From contig OX597823.1 in NCBI GenBank assembly GCA_951406725.2, positions 87,916,001-87,980,000 of the forward strand: a stretch of DNA of 64,000 nt, read 5' to 3'. A model generated the notes under the pieces. The model saw nothing but the letters and a program-made list of their open reading frames with translations, had not been told where the DNA came from and did not search any database. The translations under genes and the position numbers were made by a program. How positions within the stretch are numbered: position 1 is the stretch's first letter; every line of letters starts with the position of its first letter. Positions 1 through 14,864 of this stretch are shown here, one piece after another. Source of the stretch: Octopus vulgaris. Taxonomy: Eukaryota.

Positions 1-528
1 GGAAATCAAATAAATTAACGTATGTCGGATGAATGTAAAAAGATTCAGAACAGTAATAATGAGAATTAATGGAAGTGTGACTAGGAAATAATGATGCTGG
101 TAGGTTAGAAAGTGCACAAGTGAAGCGAAAATGGAGGAGGTGACCACGGGGCCACAAGCTGACAAAGAAATTAATCATGTATGCATTCATTGAAATACGC
201 ACACATATGGCTGTGCAAATACAGAGATACATATGTTTGTGTGTGCACGTAAGTGCATGCAGAAGGAGAGAGAGACCGAAAGAGCGAGAGGGACCGAGAG
301 GGGCGAAGGTAGAGAGAGATATTAGCATTAATGGACTGCTATTTTATAGGTACTTCGATATCTCATTTCCTGAAACGATCTTCTGTGGTGTGTATCCATG
401 ATATTAAGTATCAATCGTATGACTCCACATTTACATGATTTAAGTACTTCGTATAAACTAAGTACTTTTCCTGTCAAAAACAGTCACACTCACATATGTA
501 TATACGCATGTATGTACGTCTGTATAAG

Positions 529-561
<33 letters not shown>

Positions 562-1752
562 TATTGTACCTATGTGTGTCTCTGTATATATATATATATA
601 TATATATTCGTTTATATTTTACTTGTTGGAGTCATCAGACTGCGGTCATGCTGGGTTGTATATGATGCAATTATCTAATATAATTCTAAATCTCCACGTT
701 TCAATAAGTGCGCAAATTATTTTTATTACGAACGATTAGTTTTAACGGGAACGTACCTATTTCATTACGTTACGCATTGTACGTGACATCTTGTAACCAA
801 GTGCGACTTGATTCGAATTAAATTAATTGATGTATATGTACTAGTAAAGAAGATACTTCGAATTTTGTTTTCGTACTTTAATTTTAGAAGTTAACGTGAT
901 TGTTTTTTTTTTTTTTTAAGCGATGTAAATATTGTACAGTTTGGCTCGAAATTAGTTTAAATTCAAATGGATGGATATAAGTCCATTGTGATTTTACATA
1001 CGTTAGGGAAACAACGCTGAGTGTGGATTCAACAGAGGGAAAATGTGAAATATATTTTTTATGCAAGGGAAATATTAGTGTACAACAACGATTGGCAACA
1101 CACTGTAACGTTAGATGAAGGGAATTTCTCTGAGGTAATGTGCAGTGTTATGGTTTAATAATGTGGATAGAAAATTCCTACAAATGTTCCTTCTCTAGAA
1201 TGAACTGACATATGTAAAAATAATATAATAAGAGTGACAAAAGAAAAAAAACAGGATAAGAAGGAAGGAAAGAATTGGAAGCAAAACAGAAGAGGAGATA
1301 AACAAATGGAAAGAGAAGAAATTTCAAACTATCTACTCTTTTAAAATATTTGCGATGTAAACATCCATTGGAATGAAAGCTAATATACGTATATCGCCTT
1401 TCACTCGAAATGTATTTTGTTATTTCGTTTTGCTGCTATTTTTCGTTGTTTCAACCAATGAAAGGACTAGATGGATATGAGAAGAGTTATGAATATTTGA
1501 TACGCTGTACCTTAAGTGTTTTTTGACAACAATTTAAGTTTCTTGTGGAGAAAAGAATATTCGTGAAGGATTATTGCTAAGCAACAGTATGAACCATGGA
1601 AGAAATGGCGCTGTCTAGGACCACCACTTGTTAAATCATATATGCAAAAATGCATCATGTATGTGTATAAATATATATACTCATGCATACACATAGACTC
1701 GCACACACACGTTCAAACTCTCTCACATGCACACACACACAAATACATACAA

Positions 1753-1802
<50 letters not shown>

Positions 1803-2124
1803 TGTTATATTTTTGGATATTTTTGGATGAACATCATTTTTCCAATTGAACACATGCACTATTTACCTACACTTCAGCTTTATTATTATTATTATTATTA
1901 CTATCGTTATTATTATCGTTAATAATTTATTTGACAGATTTTTGTCAAGCATTTTGTCTCCTGTTTCCTCCGATGTTCTGTCTGTTTTGATATAGTTGTA
2001 CATATTGCATTGTTGCGCATGCATTAGCTCTGATATCCGTGTGTGTGCCTATGTGTTTTGTAAGTGTATGTGTGTCTTGTGTGCGTGTATATGGGTTTTT
2101 GTTACATTATTTGAACCTGTGTTA

Positions 2125-2186
<62 letters not shown>

Positions 2187-2467
2187 ACTATAATAACAAA
2201 GGGTGAAATTAATTAATTAAGAAGCAATCAGTAATTTCACCAAGTAGAATTCGGCATGAAAAAGACCAATTCATGATAAGCTTAAGTAATACTTTATAAT
2301 TAGGGTTCAGCAACGATTTGCTTTACCACATACCGAAGTTTAGAAATAGCAGTCAAAAAATCTTAGCTATTCCTTCTACTTTATAGGGGGTTCCCAGAAA
2401 AACCAAAGCACTTGAAAACAAACCACGCAGGCAAAAGGGAAAAAACGACGAAAATCATTCTATATTA

Positions 2468-2499
<32 letters not shown>

Positions 2500-2536
2500 G
2501 ATACAGCTGCCTCGTGTATATCTGTCTCTCCTGGCT

Positions 2537-2635
2537 TCTTTACCGATGAGATGTAGCCTTTGGTGGATTGACTTAATTTAATTTAATTAAGCTGGTTTGC
2601 CATTAAAAACACCGAAACAATGCATTGTCTAAAGA
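2537..2635 (+). ncRNA. Type I hammerhead-like motif with extended helix II and a U4C core substitution
   Basis: Helix I tcttta (2537-2542) / taaaga (2630-2635); core CCGATGA (2543-2549); helix II gatgt...acacc enclosing tttggtgg/ccattaaa and cttaatt/aattaag stems; GAAA (2614-2617); palindromic helix III caatgcattg; GUC triplet ending at 2629. Confidence 0.6.
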
Positions 2636-2759
2636 TGAATTGGGGTAAACGTTTTTAAATTTTCCTTTGATTTCTGAATTACTACTACTTGGCGGTTTGA
2701 GTCCTGGCTGCTCTTTCTAGTGGGTTGAATGGCCTATTAAGGCCATTCCTCAATTATTG

Positions 2760-2815
<56 letters not shown>

Positions 2816-2905
2816 TTATATATATATATATATTATTATTATTATTATGGAGATGTACATGCAAAACAGATAACTTGACCTGAGATCGTGTGCTGAAACA
2901 AAAAC

Positions 2906-3160
2906 AATTGCAGCGTAGAAGGTGTTTATAGGTCGTTTAAAAACACTCAAAAACCGTTAGATTCATTGCGACACTTAAACTTGTCAAACTATTCTCGTCG
3001 CTTTGAAACCGCGACCTGTTCACAGACAAAATTCTGTGCTGCACGGTCGCGGTTTCAAAGCGACGAGAATAGTTTGACAAATTAAATTTAAATATTGCAG
3101 GGAATCTAACGGTTTTTGTGTGTTTTTAAATGGCTTATAGACACCTTCCACGCAACAATT
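2906..3160. repeat. Foldback (long inverted repeat) element between (TA)n tracts
   Basis: ~110-bp arms; perfect 36-bp core 2981-3016 / 3045-3080; ~28-nt spacer. Confidence 0.95.
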
Positions 3161-3261
3161 TTCTGTGTTTACACATACATATATATATATATACACAATA
3201 ATAAAAGTATGTATTACTCCGAAACTGCAATACTCGCAATTGAGAAGGTTGTCAAATAAAC

Positions 3262-3600
3262 AAAGATCTTTACTGCATGCCTAGAAATGGTAACCACAGA
3301 CATCAACTGAAGAAGTGACGCCAAAACAAAGGGCGAGGAGCCAACACACTTGCCACTTGCAGATGACATTTTTATCATCGTTGTAAACACTGAGCTTAGC
3401 AAAACAAAATATATGCAGACGGAAGATGTAGCAGTAGGCGGAACAGAAGTGGGAATCGATGAAATCCAGGAAGTAAAGGATTTCATCGACTTCGGACACA
3501 CAGTGAATACACACCGTGATAGGGATACTGAAATCTTAAAGACAAAAAGGGCAGGATGGAAGGCATTTATCTCAATAACTGATGTACGCCAACGATCGGC
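3262..3600 (+). mobile_element. Non-LTR retrotransposon (RTE-like) reverse transcriptase fragment, interrupted by a SINE
   Basis: KIFTACLEMVTTDIN*RSDAKTKGEEPTHLPLADDIF...IDEIQEVKDFIDFG...DTEILKTKRAGWKAF: degenerate FADD motif, YLG-like motif and 'EI..R...GW.AF' motif. Weak similarity resumes after the SINE (~3870-3950). Confidence 0.8.
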
Positions 3601-3619
3601 TATAAGTAGGTTATTATAA

Positions 3620-3850
3620 GGCGGCGAGCTGGCAGAGACGTTAGCGCGCCAGGCGAAATGCTTAGCGGTATTTCGTCTGCCGTTACGTTCCGAGTTCAAA
3701 TTCCGCCGAGGCCGACTTTGCCTTTCATGCTTTCGGGGTCGATTAAATAAAGTACCAGTTTCGCACTGGGGTCGATGTAATCGACTTAATCCCTTTGTCT
3801 GCCCTTGTTTGTCCCCTATATGATTAGCCCCTTGCGGGCAGTAAAGAATT
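3620..3850 (+). mobile_element. tRNA-derived SINE family A, full length, with target-site duplication
   Basis: Head ggcggcgagctggcaga..., B-box-like gagttcaaattcc, central gactttgcctttcatgctttcggggtcga. 16-bp TSD tataagtagg(t/c)tatta at 3601-3616 and 3852-3867. Confidence 0.9.
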
Positions 3851-4116
3851 ATATAAGTAGGCTATTACTGAGCGTGCGTATACGCAATAGAAGGAAAGTA
3901 AAGACAAACAATTGGTATCTGTTCAGAGCACGGAATTTACGCATTTAAACATTATTGAAGAGCTATTACAACAGAGTTATTTGGAACAACAGCTCTATAA
4001 TTATGTTTAAATACATAAACTAGACTGGTCTAAACTGATACCAAATGTTTGCCTGTTCATTCTTTCTCTCTGTTGTATGCGTATGTTCATATATATATGT
4101 GTGTGTGTGTGTACTC

Positions 4117-4173
<57 letters not shown>

Positions 4174-6790
4174 CATATGTGTCTGTATAAATATATATTA
4201 ATATATATACATATATATATATGTATATATGTACATTTATTTATATTTTGATATGCATATATAATCAATATATGTATTTATATATATATATATGTATAAC
4301 GTGTGTGTGTTTATACGCATTGTATCCGAATAAATGAAGTGATTAAAACAAAAGACCGTAGAAGTGCATGCCCGTTAGTGGTTTTAGTTGTGTTAGTACA
4401 TGAATAGAAATCATGCTGGTATAAATCTTAAATTTCAGTGCTGCTTTGTTATAAAATCACTGATAACATATCAGACTGGCTTTTCAGTCAACTTCTCATT
4501 GATTTTACTTTGTATTTCATGTCAATTAACTTTGGTTCTGTTTAAGGAATCACAACTTCCTGTTGAGCTTCTGGTTTAGCATTAAGTAACATATTATCAA
4601 AGTGACATTCGTATTACTTCACTTGATTTTAGTTATTTTTATTGTGTTAGTATTCAATTGTATAATACAATTGGAAATGGAAAAGTATATTGTCCTTATA
4701 ATCTACAAATATCTCATATTTTATGTAACAACCTGTATTGTATCAAAGACTAGATAAATTAAATTTTATCGACTGTTAATACAAATTGATATTACATGTG
4801 AAACAATTCAGCAATATAAACCGAAAGATAACAGCTATTACTTACTATATATTTTTGTTACATGTAAAACATATACTTTTGCTGTAGCCATATTTTTTAA
4901 GAATTAGTCATAAGAAGGGTAATAGCTTCAGTTTTACATTATAAACGACCATGGGAAATATAACTTCGTTTTACGTATTTACCTAGAGTTTACATACACT
5001 GGAAAATTAAGATGTATATATTTTAGTACCTTCATCACAAATAAATACAGACATCACTGATAGATCACATGCACAACTAAAGAATATATTTAACGCAAAA
5101 TCAACAAAAATGAAGTGAGAAGCATAGGTAATTTTGGAGAGAGGTAACCACACACGTTGTCTACAATATAATTTCAACCACACGGATACAAACATAGCAA
5201 AACCGGCAGCCTAAATTCATTCTACCTATTCCCAATACAGAAAAATCTAAAAGAGCTGTAGCTAGCTAAAGTTCTGAACAACGCTTATAAATATTTTCTT
5301 CAAAATCTGCATAGGGTTTCATCTGCTTTTAATTGTATGATTTTAGCATTGTTTGTGTCTGTATATTCCTGCGAAGGGGTGTTTGTGCCCTGGGATTAAT
5401 GTTGATTAACACAAATTTCTATATTAAGACCAAATCCACTATACCTGGTGCATTTGTCATCACTTTCTAAACCTACAAAATTACACTAACTGACAGAACA
5501 TGGAAGACATGCAACATACCCAGACTGCTATACTGAACCCAATACGAAAAGCCCTACATAACAAAAATATTGAAAGCTGACCTAAATTTAGGCAGATTAA
5601 TATTCTGTACAAAACAGAGGATTTATGGATCGCATCTACCCACGTGCTTACAACCCAGTTTGATCGGCGCTAATTAGGGATACACAACATCAACATGAGA
5701 CCATATTTTGCAAAATAAAAACAAGTATTTCTACTCCTCATTATATATTTGCATTATATGGTGCAGCATAGGCATATGAACATATCTTACCAGTCTTTTT
5801 GCATTTTGTGTAAGCAATCCAGTTTAGTTGTAGCAGCTAATTCCCAGGTAAAGTTCGCATAGAGTAAAAAGAAAGAAGATAAGGAAGAAACAAGAAAAAT
5901 ACAAAAATCTTCTGTCAGTGTAAGGAAGGAATGATTATTATTATTATTAGTATTATTTTTAGTATGTTGCAATAGAAATTAAGAAAGAGAAACAAAACAA
6001 AATGAAAAGTAATTCATGACAGAAAAACAGGAAACAAGAAACTGAATACATGCTTTTAATATAGTTAGCAAAGAGTTTTAATATTATATAATATGCAAAG
6101 AACAAAAACGTCTGTTAGATATTTAAATATCCTTCTATATGTAAACATATCAACTGTAAGGAATAGAAGTCAACAAAAAACGTATCGCTCAAATTATTCC
6201 AATTACATAAGTATATACTTACATATAATTTTGCATCGATTTCTGCATATTTACATTATGTAACTATCAACTTGGCACAAAAAAAAGAAATGGAGCCATA
6301 CTGACGTGTAGGAATGTATTTATGTAATATGTATGTATTTATATATTCATATATTTGTATACATATATATCTGTGTGTGTGTGCATTTGTGTTTACCGGC
6401 ATGTATTTGTGTATGCATCTGTATATATGTGCAGATATCAACACCAATGTTAAATCGCTACATCACGGCTTGAAATCAATTGTGCTCTGTGGAAGTTGAA
6501 GTAATAATCATAAACGAATAATAGTCAACAACACGATGTCTAATCATGATTTTTTTACAATCAGAAACCGCTCACTGTTAAGCATTAATAACGTACAGAG
6601 TAAAACATTTGAAAATGTCTAGAGTTATTTGTTATTTCATTTAACTTAATCTTACGTTATTTACTTTATTTTATCTTCCTGTTGTGCAATTCTGCCATGC
6701 CAGTCGATAATATTTTTTTCTATATATATGGAGCTAATAAGCGGACAGCTTTTTTCTTATTTTTATAAGAATGCCATATTAGTATGGCGA

Positions 6791-6869
<79 letters not shown>

Positions 6870-8629
6870 GACACTTAATTTGCGATTTTACAATTCTATA
6901 AAAGTCATTTTTGTTTTTATATTGCAAATGCTTGTCCGTGTATGAATATGTTTATGAATGTGTGCATATATCTAACTATCATTCCATCTATCTAAACCTA
7001 TAGCGACAAATAGATACATAAATATATACATAGATAGATACGTGTATAGATACGTATATATAACATATATAGGTACACATACAGACACACACACACATTC
7101 ACATACGCGCATACACAAACAAAGACACACGCACATCTATATATATGTATAATGATACATCTATATTGTTATACAATATATGTAACTGCTACCAAATATG
7201 CTGTCTCTTTTTACTTTGTTCGTCCAGCGACGCATTTATACATATGTGTGTGTTGTGTGTGTGTGCGCGTGTGTGCGTGTGTGTGTGTATGCATAAGAAT
7301 GTACTATTATTATTGGTGTAAATGCATTTCTTACAAGTGTTAACAATAGTCCTGAAATCATGAGTTTAACTGCAGCAACTTTCACCGGATTCCGTGTTAG
7401 GAAAACAAGAAAGTTAAACTGAAAACCGAATATACAAGGATTTACGTAAACATACAGGGGGAAACTCTCTCCCGACAATGAGACAGACACTCATAAAACA
7501 GGACCAAATAATCTAAGAAACTTGTATTTGTATGCGTTCAGGAAGAGAAAGCAACCAGTTGCTGTAATAGCCTGTAATATGACACGAAAATTACAAGAAA
7601 GGGTAAACTAGTGGCTAAGAAAGAGTGAGAATGTTTTCGGGGAGAAGTGAACGACGAAGAATTCTATAGAGAGTCCCAATACTAGAAATGGATCTAAAAA
7701 GAATCATCTATATAAAAAAAAATGAGCTTAAAAGACGGGGAATAGAAGATTCCAAACGTCATGGATATAGAAATATCTTCGTAGGTCTTGTAAAGATTAA
7801 TGAAAAGCAGCTAATGGAACTTAATGGAACGGTACTAACCCCTTACTTCAACTTGGAACTCAACAATATCAGATTTTTAACCATTTTGAAGTTGTTATTA
7901 ATTATTGTTATAAATGCTGTTGTTGTCGTTACAATGATGTTGATACTGGTGGTGTTATTGCATGTGTTGCTCTTGCTCTGCAGCAGCAGCAGTAGTGGTA
8001 GTAGTAGTTTTAATATCTTCTCCACGGATTGTCAAACATTGTCACTATTTCAAAATTTTAATCAGATTTTCAGAAGCATTTTCGAACAATGTTTCAGCTT
8101 ATTTCTGCTTGTTTATAAGAATATTCACAAAAATGGTGTTTGAAACGTCAGAGTATTTTGTCCTGATCAGTAAACATCGCGCCATTTATCAAATTTCCTT
8201 GATATTAAACAATCATTTAAGGATAAATATCGTCTGTCTTCACCATTAAAGATCGATAATATTTGGGTTGCTTCCATGAGAGTCTTGAAAGCAATATTAG
8301 TGAAAACATACACTTCCTAGTGAAATTGTTATAGATGTGTAAATAAATAGCTTTAATAGGTTTCCTCATTACCACTAACAATAGCAAATTATCAAGTAAG
8401 GCCATAATAACAAGCGGAAACATAAACAATATAACCAGGACTATCACTGACAATATCGTGCCAAGAGACAAAAGTAACCATAACAACAATATCATTACAG
8501 ACACTCCATTATATTAATTACTAATTTAGAAAAATAACCACACCAGCGGACGACATCAGGGAGGAACCCAGTATTTCAGCAAATTTATTTTTAAATGATA
8601 TATTACAATTATATTGAATACAACGATTG

Positions 8630-8720
8630 TGAGCAGGCAGAATCGACTGTATGACGGACAAAATGCTTAGTAGCATTTCGTCTGTGTATACCTTCTGAGT
8701 TCAAATGCGACCGAGGTTGA
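8630..8720 (+). mobile_element. SINE family A head fragment
   Basis: gagcaggcagaatcg...aaatgcttagtagcatttcgtctg...ctgagttcaaatgcgaccgaggttgac. Confidence 0.65.
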
Positions 8721-9889
8721 CAATTGCCCCCATTCAAAATTTGCACAACAGTAATTTCATTAAATTTTTCAGGCTTTGGAGATCTTTAGAAGTGAGATGT
8801 GTTCTCGTAGCGTAGGCGAGGGTATATTATCTTACCTAAGGAAGGAATTTTTGCCCATATTTCAACATACATTTTTCTAAGTGGCTTCAAACTTTATTTT
8901 AAAATCACTAACAGGGAAATTAGTCTAGTATAACAACTGAAGTTCAACCTATAAATCTGATAAAGTTTCTGCGTCAATAGAACTTCCACAACCACCCGAC
9001 TGTGCACTATAGTAAAAGATTGTAGACCCAGTTTTCACTCAAGTGGTAACATCACACAACTTAGTCCTTTCTTCTCACATCAAATACAAAAGGAAGAAAA
9101 AGCTGCAATGCTATTAACATCACAAACTCAGTATCTGCCAAGACTATGAGAGAGAGGATCAGATTACTAGACCTTCCCCTGGGTAAATATAATCGATAGA
9201 GCTCAGTTTACTATTTCCTCCCAAATCGAAAAATTAAGTAATGAATACATAATTGTGCATCATTCGCTCAACGAACTTAGATAACTAAACAGTAGTTCCA
9301 GATAAGATTTCCAGAATTCTTACATCCCAATCGTCATCAAGTATTATGACGTATACGTATCATGTATCAGCTCCGATCGGGCAGCGAGTTCCCCATGTTC
9401 AAAGACAGAAGTTCAGAAACAGTGGTGATGGTAGTCCTTCAAAACAAAATTGTTTTGCTGGACTTCTTTTGCATCAAATGTGGTACCGTTAGACGAGTTT
9501 CTGTGAATTTCTGCTATTTTACCAGTGTTAATTTCGATTGGAACGCTAGAAAGCCATTGGACTTTTGTGGAGTTAACCAATAAAAAAGCGAGGTGCCAAA
9601 TACAAAGCATATCAGTGTATTCCAACTGTGTAAAAATTCCTAACCCATGTCTGAATATAGTATAATTACACTGAATTATCTAATTGAGCATCTAGTTACA
9701 AATGAAATTGGTGGATAAAGGTTTTACCCCATTAGCGTTACACAAACAACAGATATAAGACTGGTGCAATCGAACAATGTAGGGCATATCTGAAAGAGAA
9801 ATGGTTATTGGAAATTATTTGCTTATTTTTAAATATATAATCACGAGCTGAGTGTATTAACGAATAGATTAATGACCATTTAAATGAGG

Positions 9890-10080
9890 GGGATGGCTTC
9901 AAATTTTTCCGAGAGAGGATAAGTCAGTTACATCGACCCCAGAGTTTAACTTGTACTTATTTTATCGACTCCGAAAGGGTGGAAGGCGAAGTCGACCTCT
10001 GAGGCGTTTGAACTCAGAACGTAATGACTGATGAAACGTCACTAAGAATTTTGCTCGACGTGCTAACGATTCTGCCGGAT
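9890..10080 (-). mobile_element. SINE family A, diverged
   Basis: tacatcgaccccag...tttatcgactccgaaagg...gtcgacctc...tttgaactcagaacgta...cgtgctaacgattctgcc. Confidence 0.8.
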
Positions 10081-10159
10081 TCTCCCATCGAAGTTTTTGC
10101 CGAACGACCTACACAAATGTGTTGCTTATAGTAATCAAATGTATGTGGTATAATTTAGC

Positions 10160-10335
10160 ACCCTCCCTCCATCACATCGACGTTGCCTGAACAGGGACAC
10201 GGTGTACCACGCGTCTGGTGCCGAAGCGATCGCGGAGCAATGTGAGATAAAGTGCTTTGCTCAAGAATCCAACGAACCACCCGATCTAGAAATTGAAACT
10301 AAGATCTCACCCTGACTACCAATACATGCGTCCTC
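10160..10335 (-). mobile_element. SINE with family-B-type head (short-tail variant)
   Basis: + strand gagcaatgtgagataaagtgctttgctcaagaa...aattgaaac...; related copy at 52975-53155. Confidence 0.65.
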
Positions 10336-10871
10336 TCACAAGAAGAAGAAGAAGAAGAATATTACTAGAAAAACGGGGGAGATGAATAGAAAAGGAGACA
10401 TATACTGAGATGATAGATGGTGATGAAGATAAAGAGAAAGAAGATCCTCATAAGCAAGAATCACAAGAACAACAACAACTATATGAAAAATGATTAACAA
10501 GAAGAAGAGGCAAAAGATTTAGAGGAGGAAATAATTCTAAATAATTCAAAGAAAATTGATGATAAAAAAAACTTTTTCTGTTACAGCATTGCAAAGTGAT
10601 AATAAATGCCTGAATACAATAGAATACAAAATATCTTCACATGATGATGATGATGATGATAATAATAATAATAATCATGATGATGATGTTGATGATGACA
10701 GAGAGTAAATAAGATAAAAAAATTAAATTCGAACACATTTTCTTTCCTTCTGATGGGTTTTCTTCACTTGATTTTCCTTTTCTGTTTTCTGTTTAACTTA
10801 AAATCATTGTTTAATAAATGAATATAATGATATGAAATTAAAAACAAACAGAGAAGACATGTATTTATGTA

Positions 10872-10920
<49 letters not shown>

Positions 10921-11146
10921 CATATATGCATATATGTGTGTGTGTGCGCGCGCGTATGTGTCTACATATATATAGTTATACGAGTGTATATATATACATC
11001 GATAGATATACATATTTTTTTTTTCTCTCTCTCTCTCTATATATATATATATCTATATATATACATATATATTTATATATATATATACACATATATATGC
11101 ACGAGTGTCTCTGCTTCTGTATATATATATATATAGAGAGAGAGAG

Positions 11147-11184
<38 letters not shown>

Positions 11185-11222
11185 GCGTGTATATATAAGC
11201 ATACATATATATGTATACATAG

Positions 11223-11271
<49 letters not shown>

Positions 11272-11758
11272 CTTACATACATACAGGCATACATACAGGC
11301 ATACATACATACACTCAAATAATGTGTTCGAAGTTAGTTTTGAGTTATTTACTGACGCATACAATAGAAATAAAAATAAATAAGAAATGAAAAGCAATTT
11401 TTCTTTTTTCTTTCAAAACGAAAATTTAAACAAATGAAAATTATTTTTCAATGGTCTGTTGACTGCATATTTGCCAAACTTGAGTCTTTCTGGAATCTGA
11501 AGTCCTTGAATGTGGTAATTTCATTTCTTGAGAACATTGTGCGAATTATTGATTTTGTAATCTTATTTGTCGCAAAGAGTTTATTTCAAATGTAGCCTTT
11601 AGCTAATTTTATGGAGCATATCTTGGACATCTCTTATCATTACAAAAATGCCTTTCTCATTATATTTTTTTGTATGGAAGTATGGAAGTTTGTATTTTCT
11701 ATATAGTTTTATGATAATTTTCTCTCTTTGTCTTTCTTTCTGTCTACCTACCTACCTA

Positions 11759-11804
<46 letters not shown>

Positions 11805-12268
11805 TTTATTTAAAAGCAGCAGAAATATAACAAAAGCTCAGTTTCACGTTCCCGTTCGTCGGACAGTCTTGTTAAAAATATGACTCTACCTCTGGTATTT
11901 GAGTACCCTTTTTTCCACCTTGTTTCACATTTATGTGCTTACTCCGGTATATATATATATAATATATGTGTGTGTTTATCTATCTATCCTTTAGTCTGTT
12001 TGATTTTCTATTGTCTGTCTGTCTGTCTATTGTATGTCTGTCTGTCACTCTCTCAGTCTGTTTATGTATCTATCTATTTATCTATATATCTGTCTGTCCT
12101 TCTGTCTGTCTCTATGTCTGTCTGTATGTATGTATACTTATGCGTTTATATATTCTGAAAAATCCCCATGAATGTATGAATTATACAAAATTCTGAATAT
12201 CAACTTTTTCATAATATACACATACACACAAATTTATGCATACATAACTGCCTACATGAATATGCCTG

Positions 12269-12299
<31 letters not shown>

Positions 12300-12412
12300 A
12301 TATGTGTGTGTGTGTGTGTGGGCGGGCGTGTGTGCGTAGGCATATATGTATGTAACCTGATTGGCTTTACATAGCAGGCAACTTTGATAAGTGTTACAAT
12401 TGTAAATTACAT

Positions 12413-12645
12413 TTATTTCTTTATTGTCCACAGGGGGCTAAACATAGAGGTGATAAACAAGGACTGACGAAGGGATTAAGTCGATTACATCGACCCCAGT
12501 GCGTAACTGGTCCTTAATTTATCGACCTCGAAAAGGCGAAAGGCAAAGTCGTCTTCGGCGGAATTTGAACTCAGAACGTAACGGCAGACCAAATACCTCT
12601 AAGCATTTCGCCCGGTGTGCTAACAATTCTGCCAGCACGCTGCCC
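12413..12645 (-). mobile_element. SINE family A, full length
   Basis: Reverse-complement match to 3620-3850; TSD ttgtaaat(t/g)acat at 12400-12412 and 12646-12658. Confidence 0.9.
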
Positions 12646-13369
12646 TTGTAAATGACATAATGCTGTTTAAATGATAAATGCACTCACGTGGAATGCTTTC
12701 AATAATCAGTATAAATCGTAAATTCTAAAACCTATCATCACAGTGGGATACAAATTATACATACACTTATATACACACACATACGAACACACACATGCAG
12801 AGAAACATATGCAATAAATGTTGTTTGTAATAGGCTAAGAGGACTTAATATCGTTCCATGCATTCCGATAAACTCCAGTTACAGATCTGATAAAAATAAG
12901 AAAGAATATGTGCACACACACACACACACAAATATATAAATAGTATACAGTTACGTATTGGCAAGATCGACAAAATAAATACTTTATGTCGTGTGGGATA
13001 GGTATTTTTTTAATAAACAATAAATATATTTCGTCTCATGCAACGTAAACCACTCAGAAAACATTTTTAACATGTCTGGTACCTTCAAGCCATCTTCAGG
13101 ATGTGCCCACATGGCATAACAAGCTAAAAGAGGACAATGGGATGAAAGAAAACAATTCCTTCTCAACTTTTATCTCTCATCCTATCGTTTTGTGTTTAGC
13201 TTGTTATGTTATGTGAGCACAGCCTGAGAATAGCCTGGAGGTGTCTGAGCTGTTTTTATTGCATGAAACTAATAGTAGCTCATAGAAATGTATATTATGT
13301 TTAAGTAATACATACATACGTACGTGCCTACCTACATGCATACACATATACCTACATAAATACACACAT

Positions 13370-13413
13370 AGATGGATGGATAGATAGATCGATAGCTAGA
13401 TATACAGAGAGAC

Positions 13414-13470
<57 letters not shown>

Positions 13471-13729
13471 CAGACACACGGATAGATAGATAGATAGATA
13501 GACAGACACAAGGATAGATAGATAGACAGACACACGGATAGATAGATATGTAGATAGACAGAGATAGTTAGGTAGGTAGGTAGATAGATAGACAGACAGA
13601 CACACGGATAGATAGATATGTAGATAGACAGAGATAGGTAGGTAGGTAGGTAGGTAGATAGACAGACAGACAGACAGACGCATACATACATAGACAGATA
13701 AATAGACAGACAGACATAGAGATAGATAC

Positions 13730-13807
<78 letters not shown>

Positions 13808-13808
13808 C
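13370..13808. repeat. Compound (GATA)n/(GACA)n/(GGTA)n microsatellite with higher-order duplication
   Basis: Repeated block gacagacacacggatagatagatatgtagatagacagagatag(t/g)taggtaggtagg. Confidence 0.95.
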
Positions 13809-14015
13809 AAAAGAAACAAGGAGAAAAGAAACACGACATAGATTGTGTTGCACTGAAGTCTCGCACGTTGCCACTCCTCCTGTTTGAAAATATCTGTTTG
13901 TTAGCCAAACAATTCTGATTATGATTGTTAGTTCTGCTATTAATTTTAATCCTATATTTGTAACGTTATTGAAGTTTCGTTTGGCACCTTGATCAAAGCG
14001 TTAAAGGATAAATGT

Positions 14016-14337
14016 GAATGCACGTGGCTTAGTCGTTAGGGTAATCAGGTTACGATCGTAAAGTCCTGTGTTCGAATCCCGCGCGGGTCGTTGTATCCTT
14101 GAGTAAGACACTTTATTTCACGTTGCACCAGCCCAATGGACTGGCAAAAGTTAGTTGTACCTGTAATTCAAAGGGCCAGCCTTGTCATATTCTGCGTCAC
14201 TATGAATCTCCCTGGGAACTATGTTAAGGGTACGCGTGTCTCTAGGGTGCTCAGCCACTTGCACGTTAATATCACAAGTAGGCTGTTCCATTGATCGGAT
14301 AAACTGGATCATTCGTCGTTGTAACCGACGGAGTGCA
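14016..14337 (+). mobile_element. tRNA-derived SINE family B (CORE-like central motif)
   Basis: A-box gtggcttagtcgttagg, B-box gttcgaatcc, gttgtatccttgagtaagacacttt, tail ...gtaaccgacggagtgc; second copy at 46220. Confidence 0.85.
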
Positions 14338-14864
14338 AGTGTCCAAAGAATAAATGTAACAAAATTACTATTGTATGCGTAAACGTTGAAGTTTTTGACA
14401 TAATATAAAACGTGGACAGACAATGGAATTGGTGATAATATCTGAAATACATAAATAGCAAATAGATGAACAAATAAAAAAAAGGAAATGGTGATGGAAG
14501 GGCTACGTAACAGAAAGCTTAACGAAATGGTAGGTGTTAAATATTTTCTTTTAAATAATTCGCTGAGCTTAATGGGCGGTGCGATTCACGTTAAGAATAT
14601 TCTAACGCTTTTATGTCAAAAAAGCTAATGGAAACAAAATTGATATTCGTAACATTTACCATAAAGACGTGTGAAGGAATTCAATGCTTTACGAGAGATG
14701 ATTATTCCATGTATTTGAATTTACCAATTTGGAATTTAAGCTTTGTAACCGACATGTTTAACCGCTGTATATTGAACAAACCAATGAAATGTAGATCTAG
14801 TGTGAACACCATCATATAATATAAGACGATGACATATAGGGCTGAATTACTAATTCCCTAATAT

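Noticed and set aside
14016-14100. tRNA-like sequences at SINE heads (also 3620, 46220)
   Set aside because: A and B boxes are present, but there is no complete cloverleaf and each continues into a repeated SINE body.
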